Assembly: GCF_964204645.1 (NCBI RefSeq) | Contig: NW_027437441.1 | Span: forward strand, 1-64,000 | Origin: Tubulanus polymorphus | Taxonomy: Eukaryota > Animalia > Nemertea | Direction of reading: 5' to 3' | Length of the DNA: 64,000 bases | In this document: in pieces, positions 28,531 through 41,090 of the stretch | Numbering within the stretch: position 1 is the first letter of the stretch | How the letters are laid out: each line of letters starts with the position of its first letter | Notes under the pieces: generated by a model | Told to the model about the DNA's origin: nothing | The model's input: the letters and a program-made list of their open reading frames with translations, nothing else | Database searches by the model: none | Translations under genes and position numbers: made by a program

Positions 28531-29145
28531 GTTCTTCTCACTAATGCTGTCCCGCTGGATCTTCTATGAAACTGGTTCCTTTCGCTGACCTGCCTCTTCC
28601 TCATGTAAGTATTAACTACTAAACAAAGTGACAAAAAGCCATTCAGTCAAAATACTACCACACGTGACCCCCAGATGTAGCAAACCGCATTGTGAACAGT
28701 TTCTTTCCGTTTTCTTTGGATAATATTTTTCAGCTTCCCAGGATGAGGAACAGTGGCAGAGGGGCGAGCCAAGTGCAGTGTCAATTGGCCGTATCTACCT
28801 TTTGATGGTATAGATATTTTGGTTAGACACTACACTTAGGTGCGCCCCGAAAACGAACCACAAACCATTAGTGGAGATCGAAAGCTGCACATATCCTAAT
28901 CACTGAGATGCAACCCGAATGCGAAACGACTACTAGTGTTAGGTGTCGTGTTAGATGTCTGCTGTATCCAGAGCAGAGAAGTTTGGAGCTTAATATTGTA
29001 AAATAAGGACTATAATTGTTTAAATTTGTGTAGATATTTTGACTATACATTCCTGTTCAAATAGGAGTTTGAACAAGTTGAAGGGGGTGGTGTGATGGAA
29101 TATGTCCATCAGTCGTCTTCTATGTTGTAACTGGAGGGTGCTGCC

Positions 29146-29163
29146 CTCTCTCTCTCTCTCTCT
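29146..29163 (+). repeat. (CT)n microsatellite
   Basis: About nine CT units seen directly. Confidence 0.9.
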
Positions 29164-29607
29164 TGAAAAATACAGAACAATAGGTGATTGTGTTTATATC
29201 CTTTGTCCGCTGTTTTACTGGTTTTTGGGTTCTCGGAGTCGATATTTGGAGGAAACTTCTACTGTAGAATAGGACCTCGTTACAATCAGGTTTCACATTT
29301 AGTGAAGAATGACCCACAACTGGTGAAATATTTCTCCACTAGCCATTTTGTTAAGATTGCAAAAATCAATATTGCTTATTGTTGGAAAAATGATCTCATA
29401 CAACACAAACATCTAAAAATCAATAAGGGTGCATTAGATTTACTGCTAGAGTGTTACCTAGAGTGTCTCGAGACCTGACATGACAGGTTCTGGAAACTCG
29501 ACCTTTAGGGTCGAGCTACGTTTCCATACCTCAGAATACGGTGTCACTATGCCATCAAGGCGTGTCTACATCATCCATGTATATGACGTCACTGGCAGCA
29601 TATAAAG

Positions 29608-29655
29608 GACTTCACTGAAGAGTACTGTATTAGGATAGTCAAAGCGTCGAACTGC
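29608..29655 (+). ncRNA. Degenerate minimal hammerhead-like motif (possible PLE/retrozyme relic)
   Basis: CTGAAGA core, imperfect stem II (GTACTGT/ATAGTC), AAA lacking the G of GAAA, then GCGTC followed by GAA that could pair with upstream TTC. Confidence 0.35.
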
Positions 29656-31139
29656 TCAAGGAAACATTATTTACATATAATGGACTTAATATCTTCCCAA
29701 CATATAATGGACTTAATATTTTCCTTACAATTGTGGGATTCTCTTTATATTATTAACTGATAAAATGTCTGCGAGCTCGTCGGATATGCTGATGACTAAT
29801 TCAAATTTTGCAGAATCAGATAACTATTTCGGATTTTGATAGGCAATATTATTTAGCTGTTTTATACAATATAAAAAGTATATAAAAGAGTATATAAAAA
29901 TAATAATACATGTAAAATTCAGTTTTTTTTCAATCATTATAATTTCCTACACAAAAGCCATTTTATCCGAAATATCAAAATTCATATCCCCTATATGAAA
30001 TTTTGACAACGTTTCAACACCAATGTATAATTAACTTCCTGCGTGGGATTGAAGAATGTTTTTCATTATATTCAGAGCATATATTTGGATTATCTTTTGA
30101 ATGTCAATTTAACAAAATATGATTTCTTTAGGAACAGATCCATGTCGGTTCAGTATGATCAGGGAGGCCACCTCCCCGGCCGGTATGAGGCATGTTTAGC
30201 ATTGGTTGACGTCTATGACGTCATGCCAATGCTAGTAAAATGGATCGAAAATAGTAGTACGAAAAAATAGCGCCGACTCTTCTCATTTTCATAGTAACTT
30301 CAAATTGTCACTCCATTCACGTAAAACATTAGAAACAGCTGAAAATGAGTAAAAAAATGTTTCAATTATTCCCCACAACATAGCGTCGCCAGATTTCTGA
30401 TTTAATGGTCCAAAAAGTTATTCGATCGCATTTTTCTCGTTCATTATCGGGTAGATGAGAGCGGGTTAAATAATCGCGTAGCGATATATCCGCATTGACA
30501 TTGGCAGTAAAGAATGGGGAACAGCCTCTTCTGAATAGAAAAACATAAAATTATGTACCTCCGGTTTATAAATATCACAGTGTTTGGATATCACTGTTAT
30601 TCCAACTAATATCAGTATCCATGGGATTATTTGGGATTAATCAGCGTCAGAATATGTATTTCTAGAGCAGTGGAACGGCAGCATTCTAGTGACTGAAACA
30701 CGTATGTGATCGTGCGGGAACGCCTTTACTAAAGTTAAAACCATTTCATGATGACACGAAACATCAAACGGTAAACGGTAGGCTACCACCATGATACGAT
30801 ATCACCAGTTGTTTATTGGAGGAAAATATCATTGTTAAGAACGCCGAGGACAACCGTGTTGTATCATCAATCAGTTGACTGACATTTAAAAATTCGATTC
30901 GGCTATATTCTAATATAAGTTTTCACTTTCGGACGCCCTACCCGCCTGCTGCGCACTCATAAGGCGGTAGCACCCTCTTACGCACTCGGCAGAGATTCGC
31001 TTTGTAATGCGCGCCGGGAAAAATACCTTTTATTAATCTTTTCCATGCGTTAAACAACAGTGATTTACGGGTGTTTGTCGCAAATTGCAATATTGCGATG
31101 GTTATTTGCCGCTGCTGTAGTTTTTTGGAATTGGATCGA

Positions 31140-31231
31140 GCGGCCTCGGTAGCTCAGTGAGATAAGGCGTGATGCTGTTGAATCCACTATCAATGCTGAG
31201 TGACAAGTGGGTTCGAGTCCTGCTGGCTGCG
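31140..31231 (+). pseudogene. tRNA-derived sequence (pseudogene or SINE head)
   Basis: A-box-like TAGCTCAGTGAG and B-box GGTTCGAGTCC within a T-arm (GTGGG/CCTGC). Acceptor and anticodon stems do not pair cleanly and the spacing is long. Confidence 0.5.
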
Positions 31232-32364
31232 AACAGTGCGGGAAACACTTCAAAGGCCGTACGTACCGTCGTCAGGTTAAATGAACAATCCAATAGGAAT
31301 AGTCTTGGGAAACCAAGATCCAAACGACGTACGTAAAGCCAAACAAACAAAAAGACAAACAAACAATCATCAGCCGGCCTCAGTGACACCAACGCCGGCA
31401 TCGCCCTCTGCGACGTTTTGCATGCGTACATGCATCAGAGCTTGGAGCTCTAAGATCAGAGGGTCTTGCAATTGCATTCAGGAAAATCGTTCTGTTTTTG
31501 TTTTCATTATTCAGTGGGGCCTAACAGTTCATGCGTAAAAATAGGTTTTTGTATCCAAATCTTGATTGATATAAATATCTTGGCTGGGACATGACGGAAA
31601 CATCAGAATAAACTAGTTTCGTCTTTTTAACAGAATCGCAATAATGAGATTTAACAGTACAAATGGCCTAGGCTAAATCGTTCGGCAGAAAATAAATTCA
31701 TTTTCAGGAATAAAATCGTACTAGACAAATAGACCTTTAAATCTGTGGTCCTCCCAATCAACATCGTCATAGAAGATTTGCCGGCAGATGTAAAACATTA
31801 TAACCACTTAATACCACAGTATAATCTACCAATGCTCCATGGGCCTCTTGTTTAAATAACTGTGAAGGAGTACTGATTCCACCTCCCAGACAGAATTCTA
31901 CAAAAATCATCAATTTCATGATATTTTTTTAACGAAAAAGATGTTTTGGTTATGCCCGTCTTAATCTAATCTAATTAATCAAATTCATCAATCTCGTCAT
32001 ATGCAAATTAATTATAATTCCCACTCCTTTTTTCTGCAGTTCTTCAGAGGTTTATGTGGAAAATACTCAAATGATATAAAAATCTTGCTCTTCCATTTTG
32101 AAATGCTTATTATAAATTCTTTTTGAAATTTTTCATTTCATTTCCCTCGCCTCCAATTTCGTGAGAAAGTCCATGCTCCGCGATGCGAGTAGGCTTGAAT
32201 TGAAAAGGTCTAAAGTAAGAGTAATTCCATAATTCTTAATAATTGATGCAGTAAACCTTGTCTAATTTGAAAGACAAAATAAAGGTTTTTATCAAAAATG
32301 TTGTATGACTTTCTATGAAGCACAATCGATATTCCATTATGAGAATGCCGGTTTGCTAGCGTAT

Positions 32365-33750
32365 CTATTTAAGTTTTCTGCTAAATATAATCGAAGGGAG
32401 GCCTATGTAAGGAACGTAAAAAAGTGTTTCGACCTTATCTTCCCTGACCATACTAGCGGGAGTATCATCACTACATTTGCTTTTCAAAAATCTTCTTAGA
32501 CACGAATTAAACAAATCTTGTGGGTAGCCATTTTTGTGGCAAACGTTTTCTAGGAAATCAATGTCTTGTGAGAAAACAAACCAACTACTGCTTATGGTAT
32601 ATGCTCTATGGAGCAGACATTGGATTAAGCCAAATTTCCATTTTTGAGGACACATAGCTGAAAAGTTTAAAATCAAGCTAGTGTAAGTTGATTTTCTAAA
32701 TACATGAGAAGTGAAGGTACCATCATCCGTTGTTGGGAGCAAAATATACGTATCTAGAAATGGAAGTGTAGACGGCCCTATTTCTGAAGTAAATTTAAGA
32801 TTTGGATGTAGTGCATTTAGTTTCTCCAGGAAAGATGCATGTATTGAATCAAGTCTGAATACACAGAAAATATCATCAACATAACGTAGGTATAACGATG
32901 GCGCGAAACTTTTCCCTGAACAATCATCTAGTAGCTTAAATTCAAAATAAGCCAGACAGAAATGAGCCATTGTGGGCCCTAGAGGGCTGCCCATTGTAAC
33001 TCCATCTACCTGTCGGTAGAATCTTTCGCGATACATAAAGATTCCACTTGTTGCTATTTTCATAAGTTGTTTAAAGGTAGCCTTATCAAAATCTGGTTTA
33101 GTAGTCGATCCATAGATATGGTCTGCTATAATATTGATTCTTTGTCCCAATGGTACATTAGTAAGTAGTGACACGACATCAAAGCTGATCAGTATATCAG
33201 TAGGTTTGAAATAGAATTGTTTCAATCGCTCTTAAAAACTGGAGGTACTGTCTAGCATGTAATTAGAAGGAATATGTGGTTTGATAATACTGTCAAGATA
33301 TTTAGCCAAATTATACTCTGCTGTGTTTAACATTGAAACTACAGGTCTGAAAGGAAGACCTGGTTTATGAGCCATAAAGTTTCCCTGGTTGGCTGCCAGA
33401 TGGATAAATCGATTCATAAACCTTTTTTACTAATCGAGTCTTTGACATTTTTTCGTAGATAATTTTTGATAGAATTTTCATTTCTTATCACTGGGTGCGA
33501 TAAATTTGGATTGACCAGAATTTCTTGAAACTTAGATTTGTCAAAATCAATGTTGTCTAGTTTTTCAAAATATTCATTTGAATTAATAATGACTATACCA
33601 TTTCCTTTATCAAAAGAACAAACCTCGATACCTGAGTAGTTTTTTAAGTCCCTAATAGTTCTATGGAAGTTTTGGCTAATCCAAGAACCACAAATAGTCT
33701 TTCCACTATGCAAAAACGACTGTGTTGCATGTCTCAAGTCTTTTTTTTCG
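32365..33750 (-). pseudogene. PLE reverse transcriptase (frameshifted, with stops)
   Basis: Motifs FDKGNGIVI, HKPGLPFRPVVS, ISFDVVSLLTNVP, YRQVDGVTMGSPLGP, YLRYVDDIF, LPFLD, FRKST. Confidence 0.93.
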
Positions 33751-33757
33751 TTTTTTT

Positions 33758-34235
33758 CACACTTTTTTTCGTTCCTTACATAGGCCTCCCTTCGATTATA
33801 TTTAGCAGAAAACACAAGAGTCTATTCAAACAATATTACAACGTGGATATTCGTATTGTCTTTACTTCTTTCAAAATTAGGAACTACTTTTCACTCAAGT
33901 CCCATACTCCTTCACCCTTGTTGGCCAATGTAATTAGTAAATTCAAATGTTTGCGTGATACAAATAACACATACATTGGTTAAACAATGCGACATTTGGC
34001 TACAAGGGTAAAGGAGCATGGAACTTCGCCTTCAGCAATTAAGGAACATTTGACATCATGTAAAAATTGTGCATCAAATTTTTCTTTGAAAAACAACTTT
34101 TCAATCATTGATTCTGGAAAAAATGACTTTGAAATCACCATCAAAGAGGCATTATATATAAAATCCAAAAAAAACAAAATATTAACAAACAACTTTCCAC
34201 ACATGGTGTCTCATTTTTACTGAACGTATTTTGAT
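33758..34235 (+). pseudogene. PLE C-terminal linker and GIY-YIG endonuclease (in-frame stop)
   Basis: VISKFKC...TYIG*TMRHLATRVKEH...SAIKEHL..C..C...FSIID...IKEALYI. Confidence 0.88.
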
Positions 34236-34330
34236 ATGTTTATAATCCATTTTTACTTTGTAAACTAGGCCACTTCACGCCTGCATTCTCTGTAATTTGT
34301 AACAGTATACTATGCATAGTTTGTATCTTT

Positions 34331-34395
34331 TCATGTCATTTCTTGAAAAGGACTCGAAGAGGTGAGTCGAAATCGATCGAAACGTTTGAACATGT
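34331..34395 (+). ncRNA. Minimal type I hammerhead ribozyme in the PLE 3' region
   Basis: Stem I TTTC/GAAA (extended by CATGT/ACATG); core TTGAAAA (U3-A8 covariant of CUGANGA); stem II GACTC/GAGTC; GAAA; palindromic TCGA loop; TC cleavage site at 34377-34378. AATAAA lies just downstream. Confidence 0.75.
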
Positions 34396-34470
34396 AAATA
34401 AACTCATGAAGATTGTCATAGTTGCGTTTTTATTATTATTTAACTATCTGGATACTCTTCCGAAATTATA

Positions 34471-35289
34471 CAGATTTAATTGACATGAAGAACTTAGAAG
34501 AACATAACAAAGGATATTTTCGGATATTGAATGTTATAGATATATTCAGTAGATACGCATGGTCAATTCCAATCAAAAATAAAACTGGTATAGAAGTAAC
34601 AAATGCGTTCAAGTTAATATTTAAAGAAGCTATCCCAGGTAAGATACAATTTGATGAAGGTTAGGAATTCTATACATGTAATAAACATTTTCAAAAACTA
34701 TTTTCTGATAACGATGTAGAGTATTTCTCAACACACTCAGACAAAAAAGCATCTATTATAGAAAGATTTAATAAAACATTGAAAACTAGAATGTGGAAAT
34801 ATTTTACTGCCAATGAAACATATAAATATATAGATGATTTAGTGAAAGGTTATGATAATTCTAAACATTCAAGTATTGGTATGAAACCTATACAAGCTAG
34901 AAAAGAAGATAATTCAGAAGTTGTTTGGGAACAATTTATACGGAGCATTTGTTACACATGATTTTGGAGAACCTAAATATCTAAATATCGAAAAACATTT
35001 TATAAAGGTTATACTCCAAATTTTACTGAAGAAATATTTAATATTAAAAAGATAATATTTACTAAACCTTTTGTATATAAATTAGTAGATTTAAAAGATG
35101 AAGAAATATTAGGTTATTTTTATGAACAAGAATTATCAATAATACCAAATCCAGATGAAACAGAATACAAAATAGAAAAAGTATTGAAAACAAAAACTCT
35201 TAAAGGAAAAAAGTATTCTTTGGTGAAATATAAACGGTATGATGATAAATTTAATGAATGGATTTTATCTAGTAAAATTAAAAGAGTAA
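34471..35289 (+). pseudogene. Retroviral-like (rve) integrase with C-terminal chromodomain-like region; N-terminus missing
   Basis: DLIDM...ILNVIDIFSRYAW..PIKNK...IQFDEG*EF...KASIIERFNKTLK..MWKYF...HSSIGMKP...YKIEKVLK...LVKYKRYDDKFNEWI; contains stops and frameshifts. Confidence 0.92.
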
Positions 35290-35901
35290 ATGAATAAAGA
35301 TTTATTTATACTTGAACCGCATAATATGTTAGTAACTGGAGTAACAAATTCTGGTAAAACACATTTCATATTAGATTTGTTAGAAACTATTTATAAGAAT
35401 CATTTTGATAATATAATATTATTCTGTCCTACTTATGAAATGAATAAAACGTATAATAGGGATATACTTAAGATAAAAAAGTTTATTATATTAGATCCTA
35501 AAACAGTAAAAGAAAATTTAGATAATTGTATTAAGATAGCAATCGATAGTTATAAAGGTTCAAATACATTATTCATCGTGGATGATTGTGCTAATTTACA
35601 TGATTCAAAAGTTAGAGAAAGTGAACTATGTTATTTAGCTTTCTCTGGGAGACATTTTGGGATAACAACATGGGTTTCAAATCAAAATTATAATTCAATT
35701 GTGAAAGATTTTACGGAGAATATAAGATTTTTAGTTTTATTTTTTAACAAAGATAGAAAATCAATGCAACAATCATTGGAAGAAATTCAAATAATACCTA
35801 CTGAATTACATGATGAATATATGAATAAATTAAAAAGTAATAAAGGTTCAAAATTATTACTGAGACTACAATTTCCTTATGATTATAAATTTATAAAATA
35901 A
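35290..35901 (+). CDS. A32/FtsK-like DNA packaging ATPase
   Basis: Walker A GVTNSGKT, Walker B LFIVDD, SGRH motif; open 203-aa frame. Confidence 0.92.
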   Translation: MNKDLFILEPHNMLVTGVTNSGKTHFILDLLETIYKNHFDNIILFCPTYEMNKTYNRDILKIKKFIILDPKTVKENLDNCIKIAIDSYKGSNTLFIVDDCANLHDSKVRESELCYLAFSGRHFGITTWVSNQNYNSIVKDFTENIRFLVLFFNKDRKSMQQSLEEIQIIPTELHDEYMNKLKSNKGSKLLLRLQFPYDYKFIK

Positions 35902-35904
35902 GGT

Positions 35905-36255
35905 ATTTTAAGCATTTATGTATTAGATACGTATTTGATACCTTAATACGTCTAAGTTGCGTATTAGATACGTATTAGATACGTATTAGATACTTTAATA
36001 CTTAAAACCCCCTTTTTTGAAATATATATTATTATTGATTTTAATTTTTCAACTAATATATGAATAAGTTTGAAAATAATAGAAGTTTAGAATAAATTAA
36101 TACATATTAGATACATAAATACTTAAATATGTATTAGATACATAATACGTATTACGTATTAAATACTTAATACGTATTAAATACGTATTAGATACCTAAA
36201 TACTTAAAACCCTTTTTATTAACTATTATTTTATACCAATTTCAACTAATATATC
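35905..36255. repeat. Two modules of quasi-palindromic 11-mers (GTATTAGATAC)n, each followed by AAAACCC-T-tract and TTCAACTAATATA, between convergent genes
   Basis: Repeats read directly; a third related module lies at 46870-47010. Confidence 0.8.
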
Positions 36256-37106
36256 ATGTGAGTTTGTAATAATTAACATCATTTTCATCACCATCCTCCA
36301 ATTCATCATCAGACTCTAACATTTTATTCAACCTATCTACCGGGTCATCATAAGTTTCTTCATTATAATCCTTTTTCATCCTATCTACCGCATCATCAAT
36401 AGTTACTACTTTCCGTTTCGTCCAATCTGTATCTATATAAGCTTCACTATCAATATGCTTTCCAGTAACTATATTTTCCTTATCCTCTTACTTAATGTTT
36501 GACCTTAATATTTTATTTACAATGTTTGATCCTAATATTTTATTAGCAGTTAAATCTAATTCATCTTTACTGAGTTCAGGTTCCTTAGATAAAAATTCGC
36601 CTAATAAATCTTTATATAAATCTTTGTCATTTACTTTTTTATTTGAAACAAACCTTGTTACATATCTAAATGGGTGTTCTATAAATTCTTTCAAACCAAC
36701 GCGTTTTATAACATTAGTAATATGTACAGCTGTATTCATATGGTTATTCCAATTTGATGGACTGTTTGAAAATTACAATAACCACAATAATTTCTATTTT
36801 CACTATAATTTAATATTATTCCATTATTATATGTAGAAGGTAAAAAATTATCAGATGTAGAAGGCAAAAACATTATCCGATGTAGAAGGTATAACATTAT
36901 CAGATGTAGAAGGTATAACATTATTATCAATTTCATTACTTAAAATATCAACAACACCACTTTTATTATTATCTATTTTACTTATTCTATATTTGAATTG
37001 ATTAAAGTATTCTCAAAAATACTTACTATTCATCATAAGGTATTATATGATATATATCTGATATCATTTCACTTGGACTTTGTATTTCATATATTCCTCC
37101 TTCCAT
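36250..37106 (-). pseudogene. Decayed Polinton hypothetical gene(s) downstream of MCP, containing a 24-bp x4 coding-like repeat at about 36828-36925
   Basis: TAAATG start at 37106; ORF fragment 36488-36739; acidic C-terminal remnant; TGTAGAAGG(T/C)...TTATCAGA repeats. Confidence 0.5.
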
Positions 37107-37138
37107 TTATTATAGAATCTTTTATTAAAATTAAAATT

Positions 37139-38271
37139 TTAATACATAACATTATTTAATTGAGAATTTATAATATTTAATTGCGCGTCAGATATAATAT
37201 AAATGTGCATTTTGTAATTAAAACCTGCTTTTTCTTTTTCATGAATATTTGTATCCCATCTTTAGTGTTCTGTAGTTTTTTCCCAGAACCATGTAATAAG
37301 TTATCTTCAGATCATTCAGATCATTCTCATTCCTTGACAGAATATTTTATTGGCTATACCTTCGATAGTTATTTCTACTTTTGATATTTCCGGATTATAA
37401 TAATTATCAACATTTATTGCACCATTAGAATATGTTGCAATGGTAAAAAGTATTAATACACCTTTAATAGATCTTCTTGGGTAGTTGATATTCTCATTAA
37501 TTATTTCATCATTTGCATTGATTCATAGTGACAATTTTAAATTTTTCAATATAATCATATAATAATGAAAATCCTTGATTATATTGAGTTTGAATTATGC
37601 TAGCAATATTTTCATCAGTTACTCTATCATATTCTAAACATATATTCGATAATTTATATTAACCAATATCTTTAACAACGCTTGATAATACAATTTTATT
37701 AACAGGAGCAAAATTTATTTCAAATATAATATCTTGTATAGCATATTCATATAAAGGCGCATTATCATTTATCAATTCAAAGTCTAATGGAATTTTATAT
37801 TTGCTTCCATAAACTTTTTTTAATCAAATTATCTGTAGCATTAGTTACTACTGCATTATTAGCTTCACATCTTAATTTATTGTGGTTTTCTGATTGGATG
37901 CCTTGAAATATCATATTATTTCTATTTTCTTTTGTTAACCATAAATCTTTGTAATGTGCGAATAAATTATAATCATCTAATGAGAAAACTGTTTCTGGAC
38001 CGATCTTTATAGTTAATTTTTTAATCAAATATCTCCCAACATAATCTACGGCATGATTATTATTATTACCAGTTACATCTATATCAGCTGATAAATAAAT
38101 ACTATTTGGAACATAAAAAGTATTTTGATTTAATCGAGGGATTCTAACATATAAAGTTTCATCAGGATTAATATTAGAAGGATTATGAGTAATTATATGA
38201 TGAGATCTCTCTGCTTTAATAGCATTAGATATTCTAGAATTCTTAGAAGGATTTATATAACTCCCACTCAT
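37139..38271 (-). pseudogene. Major capsid protein (double jelly-roll type), frameshifted and probably internally deleted
   Basis: N-terminal IITHNPSNI...LYVRIPRL...VPNSIYLS, NINYPRRSIKGVLILF, and C-terminal HGSGKKLQNTKDGIQI...IYIISDAQLNI resemble animal Polinton MCPs; size and context fit. Confidence 0.8.
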
Positions 38272-38292
38272 TTATTTAACCAAAAAAATTAC

Positions 38293-39689
38293 TTATTTAT
38301 TTTTTATCATATTAACTAACCCAAAAATAATTACACTTACAACTGTAATTAAAAATAAAATAATATGTTCAGCAAAGTTAATAATATTTCCAGCAGATTT
38401 TAAAACAAAACCCACAATTGATGCTATAACTCCGGGTATGGCTGCAGCATATTTTTTAGATAGTTCCCATAGATATTTTGCAAATTTTTTTAACCATCTT
38501 TAACTTTATCCTGTATAGAATTATTATGACTTGGAGGTTTATCCGGTTTATTGGGTGTAGGCGTAGATTTTAATGAATTTGATATTGCTAAACCAATTGT
38601 TGTAAATATCATAGTTACGGCTGTTAGAATTGATGGTATTGTGATACCTTCTTATTTAAATAATAACTTATAACTAATAACTCTATTAATATTATAATCA
38701 TATGATTTTAATAATAATTTCTTCTTTCTGAAATTCTATGTTATATTCTAAATCATCAATTTTTTTTTAAAATATGCATTTCTGTTTTTAAATTCAATTT
38801 CTTCAATAACTTTATTATCTCCATCTCATTTTAATTGTTCTATTTCTTTAAATTTATCATTTTTTTCTTTTTTTAATGTTCTTATTTTAAAATCTCTTTA
38901 ACTTTTTTCAAGGGCAAATTTATCAGCTTCATTTCTTGTACTAATAATTTCTCAAATTTCTTTATCAGAAAATATATTTAAATCTTCTAATTCTTGAGCC
39001 GTTGCATCAATTATTCCATTCGGTAAAAGTTTTTCAATTGGAACTTTATTTGATTTAAATTAACTAGTTTTAGAAGTTACATTCTGTTCAGAAGTTGTTT
39101 CTGTTTCTAAATTATCATTTATTATTTCAAATAATTCATTAATTCTTTGTTTAAATACTCTTTTATTTTGATTTATTTCTGTGTCGGTAACATTTTCTAT
39201 TTCATTACTATTACTTATTCTTTTAATTCTAGATGGTTCTAAATTACTCAAAGTCGATTCTGCTATTATTTTGTTTTGATTTTTATAAGTGATATTAATA
39301 AAATAATCATCTTTCAAATGATAATAATATTCACCATCTAAAAATTTTAATTCTCTTACTAAATATCTGGCACCTCTATCATTTATATTATATCCAAATC
39401 TTTCAAATATAGGTAGGAAATTATATATAAATTCATCATTTTCTAAATTTTGTTTTACAAAATCTGGATTTTCATTTTCAGCATTTATTCTCGATCTAGT
39501 TTTTTTATCAAACTCGTCTGTTGAAGGGGCTTTAGAACCACTATCTGCTAAATTAAAATTATATGCCGATCCATCATCATTATCAATATTAGTTTCATTA
39601 AAATCAGGTTGTGGTTCATCAGGTATAAATCCTTCATTATTATTTCCCATTTCTCCCATTTCATAAGCTTCTCCACCTTCTACATACAT
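38293..39689 (-). pseudogene. Polinton protein with acidic N-terminus, coiled-coil middle and multi-helix hydrophobic C-terminus (putative membrane-active protein)
   Basis: ORF 39060-39689 plus downstream fragments GITIPSILTAVTMIFTTIGLAI...AAAIPGVIASIVGFVLKSAGNIINF..HIILFLITVV; homologue starts at 63429. Confidence 0.65.
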
Positions 39690-39705
39690 TTATATCTTAT
39701 AAAAA

Positions 39706-41074
39706 TTAAAATCTAAAATATAATATTCCTCCTATTACAATTCCTATACAAGTTATAGCTAATTTAGTATTTTCATAGGATTAATTATCATTATTACTTT
39801 CAATTATATCATGTTGAATGATATCAGTTTTTATATTTTCTGTAGTATTGTAATCTTTTATTTTAGAATTATTATTTAATTTAATATTCTTAGTTTTAGT
39901 TTCAGTTGATTGAATATTGTTTTTAATTTTTTCACCTTCCATTAGTTCTGGAGCAGTGATAATCTTTTTATTAATATCATTTAATCCAAATGAATTATTT
40001 TTGTTGCGGTTTTAATCAAATCATTATAACCAATTATAATATTAAATCATCAGAAATAATTAATAAATTGGGCCCTATACAATAATTGAATCTTACATGT
40101 GATTTAGCTAAATAATTTTGGTACCTAACTATAGTTTCTGGAATCGATCTATTTTTATCATTATGAATTGAATCTTCAAATAATACTTTAAATTGTTTTT
40201 GTGTATCAAATGATGTATTTAAATTTCCAATTATTGGGGATCTTGTTTCAACCTGTGATCCTAGAATACATATCAAATAAGTTCTAATTGATTGATTTAT
40301 TCTTTGCATACCTGATTTAGTAAAACCTTCACTATTATCTAAGATAAAATAAACCCAACCATTATTGTTTTCTTGTTTTAAATGATCATAAAATTTCAGT
40401 AATTTATTATAATTTCATGTTTCTAAATCCATGTTTTCTATTTTACCATTACCTAATTTATCATTATAGATATTATAGAAACTATTAGATAGTATGGGAA
40501 GTGCACAATATTGTAAAATATTTTCAGGACAAGGAATTGATCTTATTGTTCCAATTTTTTTTCTAAAATCAGAATTATTTATATCTATATTAAATTCATT
40601 ACAAATTTTATAAAACTTTGATAAATTAATATTATTATCTTTAAAATATCTAGATCCTGGTAAATGGGTCTCTAATTCATTTAATATTAATCTTATTTGA
40701 AAGTATGTGTGGAATCTAAATAAACTTTGAATTAATTTATATTTAGGATTAATCAAATGATCATTCCAACCAATTCCACAACCTGTTGTTGCAAAATAAA
40801 CTGCAAAATTTAATTAGTTCAGCCAATACTTCATATTAGATTTTAATAACCATTGTTTTTCATCTTTCATTTTTTTTAAATTGATTAAATATACATGAAA
40901 TATATTTTCCATTTTTGTATTAAAATTATTAGTTTCAGTAACATAAATATCTAAATTAATTAATGAATCTAAAACTTCATTTCAATATGAAATATCTTTA
41001 TCAAAATCTGTTGCAGGAAAATTATATTCAATTGATTTATTTTATTGAAAAGCTTTTGGAAAACTAATTGCCAT
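39706..41074 (-). pseudogene. Conserved Polinton hypothetical protein with C-terminal hydrophobic tail
   Basis: LNFAVYFATTGCG, FRFHTYFQIRLIL, SEGFTKSGMQRINQSIRTYLICILGSQ; homologue at 62104-63405. Confidence 0.8.
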
Positions 41075-41090
41075 TTATATAATAAAAAAA

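Larger units (their letters stand above)
32365..34470. mobile_element. Penelope-like retroelement 1 (RT + GIY-YIG) with inverted 5' portion
   Basis: RT on - strand (33750 to 32365); linker, GIY-YIG and 3' tail on + strand (33758-34470). About 55 bp encoding TLFxVPYIGLPSIIFSRK is present in both parts as an inverted repeat. Confidence 0.92.

Noticed and set aside
30043-30270. ORF ending ...YDQGGHLPGRYEACL, faintly like a PLE C-terminus
   Set aside because: No upstream GIY-YIG or RT motifs; similarity too weak.
31140-31231. Functional tRNA gene (GTT anticodon, with intron)
   Set aside because: Acceptor and anticodon stems do not pair properly; kept only as a tRNA-derived relic.
28300-32300. 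Short ORFs as host genes
   Set aside because: No recognisable domains or consistent exon structure; 28300-28527 is a minisatellite translation.
33414-33815. 133-aa ORF as a single gene
   Set aside because: Chimeric across the PLE inversion junction; the first ~20 residues are antisense linker sequence.
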